From Octopus sinensis (taxonomy: Eukaryota): 18,800 nucleotides of DNA. The notes under the pieces are model-generated. The model ran no database searches, was not told the origin of the DNA, and worked only from the letters and a program-made list of their open reading frames with translations. Within the stretch, counting starts at the first letter, position 1. Each line of letters begins with the position of its first letter. Both the position numbers and the translations under genes were made by a program. The stretch is from the NCBI RefSeq assembly GCF_006345805.1, contig NW_021824347.1, forward strand, positions 1 through 18,800, read 5' to 3'. Shown here piece by piece: positions 1 through 9,615 of this stretch.

Positions 1-391
1 TGCAGTCAACAACACAACGACATTTACCTGACCGAATATCGGACGTCGCAGGACTTTATCGACGATTTCACGAAACCAGACACACACAGTCTAGCTTGGC
101 TCATACGCCGCCTTAGACATCACGGTTTCGATCCTGCCAATGGTGGTAGAGACGACGCCCCACATATAGGAGTGTTGTTTGTTGATGACAAACTAAAAGA
201 ACCTGATGCTAGTATCCTAGAAGCCAAAAGGGCTCGTTTTAAGGGAGTGAAACTCTTTGTTGTTGCTATTGGCAAAGCATATGCTTTCCAAGAGGTTCGA
301 CAGTTGGCTTACAGGAATATGTACATTCGAGTTAGGGATTATACTTATTTGCAAAGACATATCAGTGATTTTATGGACACAATGCTAAAAG
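1..391 (+). CDS. Exon encoding the C-terminal part of a vWA domain (collagen VI/matrilin-like extracellular matrix protein); 5' end may lie outside the window
   Basis: Frame 1 is open from base 1: ...DIYLTEYRTSQDFIDDFTKPDTHSLAWLIRRLRHHGFDPANGGRDDAPHIGVLFVDDKLKEPDASILEAKRARFKGVKLFVVAIGKAYAFQEVRQLAYRNMYIRVRDYTYLQRHISDFMDTMLK. This matches the vWA pattern F...G.R..AP.IGVhhxD...EA..AR..GV.LFVVAIG....E...LA. It ends at AAAG|GTAAGA (phase 1, typical of vWA module exons). The ORF-track continuation past 391 is intronic. Confidence 0.85.
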
Positions 392-397
392 GTAAGA
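392..397 (+). other. 5' splice donor of the vWA exon
   Basis: AAG|GTAAGA is close to consensus, and vWA similarity stops here while composition shifts to T-rich. Confidence 0.8.
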
Positions 398-724
398 TTT
401 TGTTTTATTTCATACTTTATGAGAGTATTGTTGTTCGCTTGAAGCATTGCGTATTGTTTGTGGAATATCTTGAATGGCTCAACAATGCAGACTCGACTAT
501 AATAACTGTTGCTGGAAAACCGATTACAGCAGTGACTCGATCAATTCCTAACAATACCTGAAGAAGGAATTTTAATATTCCGAAATATTATATCAGACGG
601 TGAATTATTAAATTATAACAGCTATTGTTGTCTACTCTGCATTCAAAACACATTCAAGACACGTTATATTTATATTTTATATTTTTCATTATTTCTTTTT
701 TTTTTTTGTATGGAGAAGGGTTCT

Positions 725-1290
725 TATCTTTTAGCATTCGTCTATTACTTGTTTCAGTCATTGGACTGCGGCCACACTGGGGCAAAGTCTTGAAGGGTGT
801 TTTTGCTTCTTTTTCTTTTTGATTTTGCTTTAGTAGACAGAATCAACCCAAGTTTGTTCGTTCTCAAGCCATGCCTGGTTCATAAGGGCCGGTTTCCCGG
901 TTACCTTGGCGTATAGGTTCTCCACCTGGACGGGACGCTGGTCCGTCGCAGGTGAGCTGCAAGATGCAGGAGGAAAGAGTGAGAGAAAGTTGTGGTGAAA
1001 GAGTCAGCAGAAGTTCGCCATTACCTTCTGCCGGAGCCGCGTGGAGCTTAGGTGTTTTCGCTCATAAACACACACATCACCCGGTCTGAGATTCGAACCC
1101 GCGATCCCTCGACCGCGAGTCCGCTGCTCTAACTACTAGACCATGTACCTCCACGAATTACTTATTTTAAAAGTACTTATTTTAAAACTTTGTACTTACT
1201 TTATCGGTTGCTTTTGCTGAACCGCTCAGCCCTGGTTGTCATGCGGGTAGCACAATACAGACATAACACAAAGACACACTCACACATTAT
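725..1290 (-). mobile_element. Old 3' portion of a family-C SINE (CORE-like family), interrupted by another SINE at 853-1154
   Basis: The reverse complements of 1159-1290 (gagcggttcagcaaaagcaaccgataaagtaagtac) and 725-852 (ccagtgtggccgcagtccaatgactgaaacaagtaa) match consecutive parts of the tail of the intact copy at 14641-15005. Confidence 0.7.
853..1154 (-). mobile_element. tRNA-derived SINE, family A, tail type 1
   Basis: The minus-strand head gtggaggtacatggtctagtagttagagcagcggactcgcggtcgagggatcgcgggttcgaatc has Pol III A and B boxes. 973-1154 is homologous to 10317-10501. Confidence 0.85.
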
Positions 1291-1780
1291 TGATTAATGT
1301 CTCAGTACAGAGTAGTCGGTGACATATGTGGCCTCGGATGTTGGGCAGAGTGCTCCATTGTGGGCTCTGCTTCAATTTTGGTCGAGCAGTTGTCACTGTT
1401 TTTGTTTTTGTTGTTGATACTGTTGCTGCTGCTGCTGATGATGATGATGATGTTTGGCCCCGTGTTTTTCCTCATCGATCTCACCAATAATCAACAGTGT
1501 TCCAGCCATAACAAGGGCATCATATTTTCATTAAAAAAAAAATCACATTCACATTATCTAGTTGTGTTTTGTTTTCTGTCTGCAAAACAGTACAATGCGA
1601 ATTAAAAGTGAATTTACTGTTATTTCTAGTAAGTCGAGTGACCACTTAATGGCATCCTCTCCGGTTCGTTGGGTAACGAATTAGCAGATGATGGTGGAGC
1701 TGAAGTAGTGTTTGACCCTGTAGAATGATAGGAGAGTTTCTTTCTTTCACTCACCAATTTTTTTTCCGTTTATCCACTTA

Positions 1781-1921
1781 TAAGGTTGTCCCAAAAGTTC
1801 ATAGAAAGTCTAGGAAAATAATGGTCTTTATTTTGAGGAATAATTTTTGTTGTTTTTGTTAGTACTTGGCGAGTAAAAATTCAATTTTCGCAAGTGTTTA
1901 CGAACTTTTGGGACAACCTAA
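1781..1921. mobile_element. Mariner-type MITE (141 bp)
   Basis: 20-bp TIRs with 1 mismatch: taaggttgtcccaaaagttc (1781-1800) and gaacttttgggacaacctaa (1902-1921). Flanked by TA on both sides (1779-1780, 1922-1923). The TTAGGTTG start resembles mariner/MADE1 TIRs. Confidence 0.85.
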
Positions 1922-2004
1922 TATTTGTTCATCGTTTTGCATGCTATTTTTACTTCTTTATTTTGTTGTCTGCTAAAGATTCACAATAGACGTGTGTACA
2001 GGTT

Positions 2005-2776
2005 CTGTTGTAAAGGGAATTCTTGGCCATTTTTCAAGTAAAACCTGTTTTAGCTCTTTCAGCAACGATAGCAGAGGAAGCAGTTACTTACTTGCAGTTC
2101 GTAAAAGCAACATAAATATTCGATTACATTGAGAACCGTTGATTACAGAGGGCCAAGCTGCGTGGTCTACCTCACCTTTGTGCTTTTTGTATCAGTGTTG
2201 AATGATATTAGCCATGTGAATCGGCGCGTTTATCATCCTTGAAGGCTGCGCTCACTTCAGTAAAGAACGATCGTATCATAGGATACACCTGATCAATAAA
2301 AGTATTCAGATAATCTTTGGAGTTAACACTGCTACGTAGAACAACTAAAAAGTCAAAAGAATCCCGTGATATGCCTGTCCAAATCACTGCCATGCTTCAC
2401 GGTAGGGGCGAAACAGTTTAGGCTGAAGGATTCTTCGGCTTGTCACCAGACAAACGCTGTCCCTGGAGTGAGAAAACAAAAATGTGAATTATGCCGCAGC
2501 AGAGATCACATGGTTCCATTCAGTCATTGAACTCTTCTGGTTCTCTAGACACGATTTGATTCTGTTTATCAATATCCATTTTGGAAATCAGATAAGTCAC
2601 GCATGCTAGATTATTGAAACATAACGATAAAACACAGAGTGCTATAGCATGAAATACAAAGCATACGCAATGCATATGAGCACAGGCAAGAACAGATCTG
2701 AATTTGTCGTGCTGCCAATATAAAAAATAGTTAAATACAAGTGGTGTTTCCATTAGTTTGTCCAACCCTCTGGGTA
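2005..2776 (-). pseudogene. Decayed, internally deleted Tc1-family DNA transposon (transposase remnant plus one TIR)
   Basis: Minus-strand frame-hopping translation: MRDLSDFQNG (ATG at 2604) ... EWNHVI ... FVW*QAEESFSLNCFAPTVKHG / VIWTGIS...VNSKDYL...DQVYPMI...FKDD/NAPIH...WPS/*STVLNVIE...LKELKQVLLEKWPRIP. A TIR-like ggtgtttccattagtttgtccaaccctctg..ta lies at 2743-2776. Multiple stops and frameshifts; the second TIR was not found. Confidence 0.85.
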
Positions 2777-2783
2777 TATATAG

Positions 2784-2818
2784 GTGTGTGTGTGGATGTG
2801 TGTGTGTATGTATGCATA

Positions 2819-2853
<35 letters not shown>

Positions 2854-2987
2854 TCGGTACACTGTATTTGTTTAAATATTCATATAGTCATGCTGCGTTG
2901 GTGTATAAGTAATTTCTTCTGCATGGACTCCGGGCTTATAGATCATTCGAGACGGACAAAATCTGCATTTTTAAAATAACGTCTGGA

Positions 2988-3040
<53 letters not shown>
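2784..3040. repeat. Two (TG)n microsatellites
   Basis: TG runs at about 2784-2831 and 2989-3040, directly visible. Confidence 0.9.
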
Positions 3041-3048
<8 letters not shown>

Positions 3049-3202
3049 CGTCTGAGGCAATTATTAAATGTAAACAACGTTACGTGATAATGGCGGAAAA
3101 CCCCACCGAATATATCAACATGGCGTCCCTTAATAGAATATACAGTCGTTTTTCTAAGCAGATACACATATTAATGAGGCGCCGAGTTGCAGCCTTAGCA
3201 CG

Positions 3203-3533
3203 TTCTTCTTCTTCATCTTCTTCATCTTCATCAACATCCCCTCCTCCTCCTCCTTCTTCTACTACTACTACTATTACTACCACTCTCTCCTCTCTTTATC
3301 CACATACACACAACCTCACACATAAACACACATACACACACACACACACATATATATATAATGCTTGCGTATACTTGTGAATAGTTATAGGTTCAATAAA
3401 TATGTGTGTGTGTGTGGTGAGGATGTTTGATGACAAACATGTTCAATATATATGTTATATATATTATATCTATCTATCTATCGATATATATATATATATA
3501 TACATATATATATACATATATATATATATATAC

Positions 3534-3564
<31 letters not shown>

Positions 3565-3579
3565 ATATATATATATATG

Positions 3580-3672
<93 letters not shown>
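3203..3672. repeat. Compound microsatellite block: (TCT/TCA/CCT/ACT)n, (CA)n, long (TA)n
   Basis: Directly visible; source of the YIYI and poly-S ORFs. Confidence 0.9.
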
Positions 3673-3674
<2 letters not shown>

Positions 3675-3909
3675 CTTTGTAAGTACATACGTGACGTGCA
3701 GAAATGTGCAAGGATATGCAGAAATGTAAGTGGGAAGTAAATGTGTTTGGCGAGGCAGTATTCCTCTTAATGTGTATGTGTGCAAGTGTGTTACCGAAAA
3801 CCACACCTACGTGCACGTCATGCATATCTGTAGATTTAATCGTGTAAGCATATAACTCGGTCAACGACAAAACCAACAATGATATTGTTATACATACGTA
3901 TATGCATGG

Positions 3910-3945
<36 letters not shown>

Positions 3946-4235
3946 ATAATCTTGCTATCTCATATTAATATTGATATTATATGAAGACTTGGCGTATATA
4001 GGCCAGTGGGACTAGGATAAGTCTATGTGGAGATCGAGTTCTACTTCATATTATATATACACGCGCACACACATATATGACTCCACCTACATTAAGAGTC
4101 ATATATGTGTTTGTGTGCATAAGCGCGCGCACACACACATACAACTGATAAATATACCTATTTCAAGCATTTGTACAAAATATCTAAAACAAAATAACAA
4201 CGGCATTCTTACCACGCAGCCACGGCTGCGTCTGT

Positions 4236-4237
<2 letters not shown>

Positions 4238-4281
<44 letters not shown>

Positions 4282-4337
4282 GGAGAGGAGGATGGATGGA
4301 TGGATGGATGGATGAGTAGATAGATATATATATATAT

Positions 4338-4368
<31 letters not shown>

Positions 4369-4380
4369 CAACGATCGATC

Positions 4381-4435
<55 letters not shown>

Positions 4436-4447
4436 GGATGGACAGAC

Positions 4448-4523
<76 letters not shown>
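4238..4523. repeat. (TA)n, (GGAT)n and (GATA)n microsatellites
   Basis: Directly visible. Confidence 0.95.
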
Positions 4524-4524
<1 letters not shown>

Positions 4525-4536
4525 TGTTCTGTATGC

Positions 4537-4800
4537 CAATGTTTCTCAAATATTTTTTTACATATTGGACCCCTTTGATTATTTTAATCACATGGACTGT
4601 CATAGCCATTCGATACCTAAAAAAAAAATTCCTATTATTATATTTTCAGAATTAAATATTGTTAGAAACTCTACTAAAACTTTCTGAAAATATTTTGTGT
4701 ACAGAAGCAGGTATAAACAATTTCTTGTACATAAATTTCAATGGCAAGATCTTATATGGACCCCACGAGGGCCCATTTAGACCTCTGTTGAGAACCACTG
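4537..4800. mobile_element. Non-autonomous hAT (Charlie/MER5-like) MITE, 264 bp
   Basis: TIRs caatgtttctcaa and ttgagaaccactg (consensus CAGTGGTTCTCAA, 2 mismatches), with a perfect 8-bp TSD ctgtatgc at 4529-4536 and 4801-4808. Subterminal ggacccc motifs occur near both ends. Confidence 0.9.
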
Positions 4801-4959
4801 CTGTATGCGATTTTCCTTACAGGACTATGGTCATTAATATCATTTAAAGCTTATCTCAGCTTATCTCTGTCTCAATTTGAATATATTCGACTAATACGGT
4901 GACCAATTCTAATTTTTACTAAGGTCAAATCTCTTCCACTTTTAAACTATTTGCTTATA

Positions 4960-5138
4960 CAGTGATACCTCGCAGTACGAGTTTAATTCGTTCTATGACC
5001 GAGCTCGTCTTACGATTTACTCGTTTTACAAATCAATTTTCCCCATTGAAATTAACTAGATTATAATTAATCCGTTCCAGCCCCTCCCCCAAAACACTCA
5101 CAAACAATTTTCTATGGGTTTTAAAATAGAAAAGTTGA

Positions 5139-5175
<37 letters not shown>

Positions 5176-5663
5176 ATTTGGCTCAAAAGCAAATAGCAAG
5201 GCCATGTAGGGGGACATGGAGTTAAGTACGGGGTGGTGTTCATGTAAAGAGTTCAGGCCACTTGAGGTCAAGGGAGGCTTTGAACAAAGCGGTCGTCGGC
5301 ATCTTCACCATCTCGTCTGGCAGCTTGTTCCACGGATCCGCAACCCGGACGGAGAAAGCTCCTCTCCTTCGATTGAGATGAAATCGTCGCAGGTAGAGCT
5401 TTTCGGAATGACCCCGCAGCCGACGCTCTGGAGCAGGAGTGAAGGACAGCTCTTTCAAGAGGTTACAAGTAAAATGACAATTATAAAAAAGGGAACGGAA
5501 AAGAAATATGTAAACTGGTTTTATTAACTGAATTAATTACCTTAAAGGTAGGACGATTTGTGGGCTCATACTGTTCGTACTTCAAGGCAAAAGCTCGCAC
5601 GAGGCTCGGTTCGTATAGCAAATTACTTGTACAATGCGAAACTCGTACCGCGAGTTTCTACGG
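4960..5663. mobile_element. Tigger/pogo-like non-autonomous element containing a nested CR1 fragment
   Basis: Left TIR cagtgatacctcgcagtacgagt (4960-4982) and right TIR actcgtaccgcgagtttctacgg (5641-5663); 19/25 match including flanking TA. TA is present on both sides and ctcgt/acgag motifs recur internally. Confidence 0.7.
5139..5470 (-). mobile_element. 5'-truncated CR1-type LINE: ORF2 C-terminus, short 3' UTR and (CTAA)n tail
   Basis: ORF 5240-5458 (RRLRGHSEKLYLRRFHLNRRRGAFSVRVADPWNKLP...FKASLD) matches the CR1-group terminal motif RGH..KL......R..FFS.RV...WN.LP...FK..LD. It is followed by a ~60-bp UTR and a tandem tail (agtt)n at 5139-5175. Confidence 0.9.
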
Positions 5664-5725
5664 TATTTACAATTTTCCGATGTACACCATCGCTAGATTC
5701 CTAAGACACACCTGTATATTTCACA

Positions 5726-5845
5726 GCAGGAGTGGTTGTGTGGTAAGTAGCTTGCTTACCAACCACATGGTTCCGGGTTCATTCCCACAGCGTGGCACCT
5801 TGGGCAAGTGTCTTCTACTATAGCCTCGGGCTCCAGTATGGCCAC
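5726..5845 (+). mobile_element. Family-C SINE, internally deleted (head joined to a short tail piece)
   Basis: gcaggagtggttgtgtggtaagtagcttgcttaccaaccacatggttccgggttc...accttgggcaagtgtcttctactatagcctcgggc matches 14643-14750. The following ctccagtatggccac resembles the tail ctccagcatggccgc (about 14949-14963). Confidence 0.85.
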
Positions 5846-5892
5846 GTCCAACCAATATGTGCGTCCAATTACGATCTCGGCGAATGCCAACG
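5824..5892 (+). CDS. Speculative 69-nt symmetric (phase 1-1) cassette exon
   Basis: Acceptor tgtcttctactatAG (5823), donor ACG|GTAAGA (5893). Open in phase with the vWA exon: (A)SGSSMATSNQYVRPITISANAN. No homology recognised. Confidence 0.2.
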
Positions 5893-5927
5893 GTAAGATT
5901 TATAGTATCTATGGAAGCGTTGAACTG

Positions 5928-6402
5928 CGGTGATGGTGGTGGGGGGACACTGATGGTGGCGGTGGGGCACTGATGGTAGTGGCTGAGTGGTTGTGGTGGG
6001 GTGGGGTGGTCAGAATAGTAATGATGGGTGATGATGATGACGATGACGACAATGATAATGCTGATGAAGATGATAATGGCGACGAAGACGACGACGAGGA
6101 TGATAATTGTGATGATGATGATGAGGAGGAGGAGGAGGCGGGGTAGAAGATAATGGATGATACGTATGGATGGTGGTGGTGGTGGTGGTGGTGGTTGGTG
6201 ATGGTGGCAGCAGCAATCATTAAACTATGGCAGGTAAAGTGTTACTGCTGCTGCTAATGATGATGAGGGCGATGGCTGGTGTTGATGGTGATGGCAGCGG
6301 TGGCGTCGGAGGCGGCGGTGGTGGTGGTGGTGGTGGTGTGGTGGTGGTGGTGGTGATGACGATGACAGTAAAGAGAAGCGACTACGATGACGATGACAGA
6401 TA
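5928..6402. repeat. Compound trinucleotide repeats (GGT, GAT, GAC, GAG)
   Basis: Directly visible; source of the poly-H/S/P/T ORFs. Confidence 0.9.
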
Positions 6403-6479
6403 ACATATGACATGGAAGCAAGGAAATACCTTTCTTAGTATTTCGGTAACTATACACACACACACATACACACTTATTG

Positions 6480-6828
6480 TATATATATGTATAAATATAT
6501 AGCTATTTCTCTCTCTCTCTCTCTGTATATATATATATATTATATATGTATGTATGATGTATGTATGTATGTATGTATGTATGTATGTACGTATGTGTGT
6601 GTATGTATGTATGTATGTGTATATACATGTAGATGTATATCTATAAATGCATACATATATGTGCGTATATATGTATGTATGTGTATAAACATGTAGATAT
6701 ATATGTATAAATGCGTATATATATATGTGTGTGTATATATGTAGATATGTGTATATACATGTATATATATGTATAAATGCGTATATATATATGTGTGTGC
6801 GCGTGCGTCTGTTTGTGTGTGTGTGTAT
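6480..6828. repeat. (CT)n, (TA)n and (GTAT)n microsatellites with a ~66-bp higher-order unit
   Basis: A gtgtatatacatgta...tataaatgc unit recurs at about 6618, 6681 and 6749. Confidence 0.85.
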
Positions 6829-7028
6829 AGTCCCTGTCCTGCTCAAAAATAACGCTGTTTCTCGTGAGAGCTACGCACCATGAAATAGGTCCCCATTCAT
6901 CAAGACCCTAAAATAGCCAAAAAGGCAAAAACAAAAACCAGAAGAGAATCACTTCCCACAACTGGGTTACCCCCCCCCCCCCACCACCACCACCACCATC
7001 CCCACCCTTGTTTCATTTATATCTGCAG

Positions 7029-7120
7029 TTGTTTGTGTTGTTATTGTTGTCGTTCTTTCGGCTGTTATTTGTACTTTTATAGATGGGTTCCCTTCACACA
7101 TACGGCACTTACGCCAATAG
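7029..7120 (+). CDS. Candidate terminal coding exon of the vWA gene (two in-frame acceptors, 7029 and 7083)
   Basis: Acceptors cccttgtttcatttatatctgcAG (7028) and tttgtacttttatAG (7082) are 54 nt apart. Phase-1 joining gives VVCVVIVVVLSAVICTFIDGFPSHIRHLRQ* or DGFPSHIRHLRQ*. AATAAA lies 58 nt after the stop. No homology support. Confidence 0.3.
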
Positions 7121-7177
7121 TTTCTAAAAAAAGCAGAACTGATTCTATTGACGAAATAAGTTTTAAAAACAAACGAA

Positions 7178-7183
7178 AATAAA
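7178..7183 (+). terminator. Possible polyadenylation signal
   Basis: AATAAA downstream of the candidate terminal exon; it is common by chance in AT-rich DNA. Confidence 0.2.
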
Positions 7184-7553
7184 AAGCAAACATGAGCAGG
7201 ATGACGGAAACCTCTTCTGTCGAATAAGTTTTCCAATTTGTCCTGGGGCTGGCACGAATGTGGCTGACCTTTGAATGTGACCCAACCGTTTCACTCCATC
7301 CAATCTTAAAATGTCACAAGGTGAAGTTATATAGCTGGTGGTCGGGTCGGTGTCGTGGGGTTGGGTGCTATGCGATGTGGTGTTGCCGGATAGGGCCCTC
7401 TATAACAATGTTTAGTTTACAACGTCCGGAATATATATATATATATATATATATGATAGATAGATAGATAGATAGATAGATATGTATGCATGTGGGCGTC
7501 TCTCTCTCTCTCTCTCCTCTCTCGCCTCTCTTCTATCTCTCTATATATATATA

Positions 7554-7583
<30 letters not shown>

Positions 7584-7585
<2 letters not shown>

Positions 7586-7729
7586 TTCTTTATTGCTCAC
7601 AGGGGCTTAAACATAGAGGAGACAAACAGGAAAGTCACAGGAATTAAGTAGATTACAACGACACTAATGCGTAACTGGTACTGATTTAATCGACCCCGAA
7701 TGGATGAAAGAAAAAGTTAACCACGGCGG
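7584..7729 (-). mobile_element. Family-B SINE, 3' portion lacking the tRNA head
   Basis: tttctttattgctcacagggg...gcgtaactggtactgatttaatcgaccccgaatggatgaaag is homologous to 16401-16545. Confidence 0.85.
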
Positions 7730-7732
7730 GTA

Positions 7733-7776
<44 letters not shown>

Positions 7777-8437
7777 GAGAGAGAGAGAGAGGTCGAGAGA
7801 GGAGAGAGGAAAAGGGAAAGAGAGAGATACACTCGTATACTTATGAATATTTTTTAAGAAAAAAAAGTTGAATGTCTGATGACAATCAGCAAGCGAAAAC
7901 TTCGAAGTTACTGGCAACCCTTTTCTCAGAAAAAAATTGATATGTACTCAACTAAAATTTATTACGTGATCCTTCAGTTGAATCTTAAATAGTTCTTATA
8001 TATAACTTCACATAATGTGTGTGGGTGGGTGTGGTGGCCACCTTTTTACCCCAATTGGGAGCTTAGATTTGTTGTTTAAAAAGCAGTCACAGATGAAGCT
8101 GGCACTGTAGTGGACAGCATATTTTGCCCTTTTGACATGTTCTTCGTTCATTAATCAATGACAACTACTTATGCAAAACAAAGCAGAAAGCTAAAGAACT
8201 AATTTGCAGTTTAGTTGCTCTGGAACAATGTCAATGGGCACGTCGCAGTTGGTACGACCAAAAACATTTTGATACCAAATAATATAATGATTGACTGAAA
8301 TTAATAATATATTTTGTGTTTTTGAATGGTTAATACATGTCTTCCACGATAATGACTTTGTGTGTGTGTGTGTGTGTATGTGTGTGTCTGTATCTATATA
8401 TGTATATGTCTATGTGTATGTATGTTTTATTATATAT

Positions 8438-8470
<33 letters not shown>

Positions 8471-8642
8471 AGTGCATATATTTAGAAGTAATATAAATAT
8501 AATATATATATGAATATAAAAGACACATACAATAATATATATTATATATCTAATATATATATATAATGGTATTCTGGCTGCATATAAGTTAAGTACCACT
8601 TCATGTGAATTCAACAGAACTCACTTGAATCTTAATTGCTTT

Positions 8643-8677
<35 letters not shown>

Positions 8678-9261
8678 TACATGTACACACTTGCACACAT
8701 AAAACTACACCCATAATAACGCACCCTATTATACATACAACCCTTTTATTTACATCTAATGTCAGGACCTCCCTCTCAAATAGAGCAACCTAAGAGCAAA
8801 GACCTAAGGTGTTTCCGTAAGCCACAACACATATCCTAAGTAAATTAACACCGAAACAGTTAGAGTCAGAATGTAATGTCGTATGATTTGGCTTTCATCA
8901 CAGCTCCAATTTCGTTAACGGAATCCCAGTGAAACTTCACGGGAGAATTTGAAGCCACTGTTTAATTTTGTTAAGTAAATATTAACTAAATATTATACGA
9001 TAATCTGTCTAAACAATATCATTTGTAGGTATTTCGCTTTATTTATGATTGTTGGTTCTCTTGAGATATGTAAGGGTGGGGGGCGTTTAATCTAAACCGT
9101 GTGTTTTGCCCCTTGTTATTGGATTCTACGTTCTGCTTATGAATCTGATGCATTTTGCATATGTCATGTGTAATACGAATGTAAGGGCACACACATTCAT
9201 AATCGAATGTGACTGTAACGTGTGTGTGAGTATGTACACACACAGACATACATATAAATAG

Positions 9262-9295
9262 ATAGACAGACAAACAGACAGATAGATAGATAGAC

Positions 9296-9355
<60 letters not shown>

Positions 9356-9475
9356 TGATGGACTAACAGATGGATAGTTACCAAGGGATGTAGTTATCTT
9401 CGCCAAGCAACATTTTTTCAGCACTTATTAAATGGTATATAGAAATGCATGTGTATGTATATATTACATATATAT

Positions 9476-9522
<47 letters not shown>

Positions 9523-9584
9523 TATATATATCTATATAGTATATATATATATATATATATATTATGTATATATATTATCACTTC

Positions 9585-9612
<28 letters not shown>
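9262..9612. repeat. (GATA/GACA)n and (TA)n microsatellites
   Basis: Directly visible. Confidence 0.9.

Positions 9613-9614
<2 letters not shown>

Positions 9615-9615
<1 letters not shown>

Noticed and set aside
392-561. Continuation of ORF 172-561 beyond the donor
   Set aside because: vWA similarity ends at the GTAAGA donor and the remainder is T-rich intron.
1040-1154. tRNA-like heads (also 10420-10501, 14641-14720, 16550-16627) as tRNA genes
   Set aside because: They have A and B boxes but no complete cloverleaf, and each continues into a SINE body.
1297-1530. Cys-rich plus-strand ORF and minus-strand MAGTLLIIGEIDEEKHGAKHHHHHQQQQ peptide
   Set aside because: No suitable phase-1 acceptor, short, centred on a trinucleotide repeat, and no homology recognised.
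3090-3380. ORF MAENPTEYINMASLNRIYSRFSKQ... as a first exon
   Set aside because: It runs into microsatellites with no convincing donor.
4199-4236. Short match to the family-C SINE head on the minus strand
   Set aside because: Only about 30 bp; too short to list as a feature.
8855-8985. Minus-strand peptide LLNKIKTVASNSPVKFHWDSVNEIGAVMKAKSYDITF
   Set aside because: About 40 codons, no usable acceptor, no recognised family.
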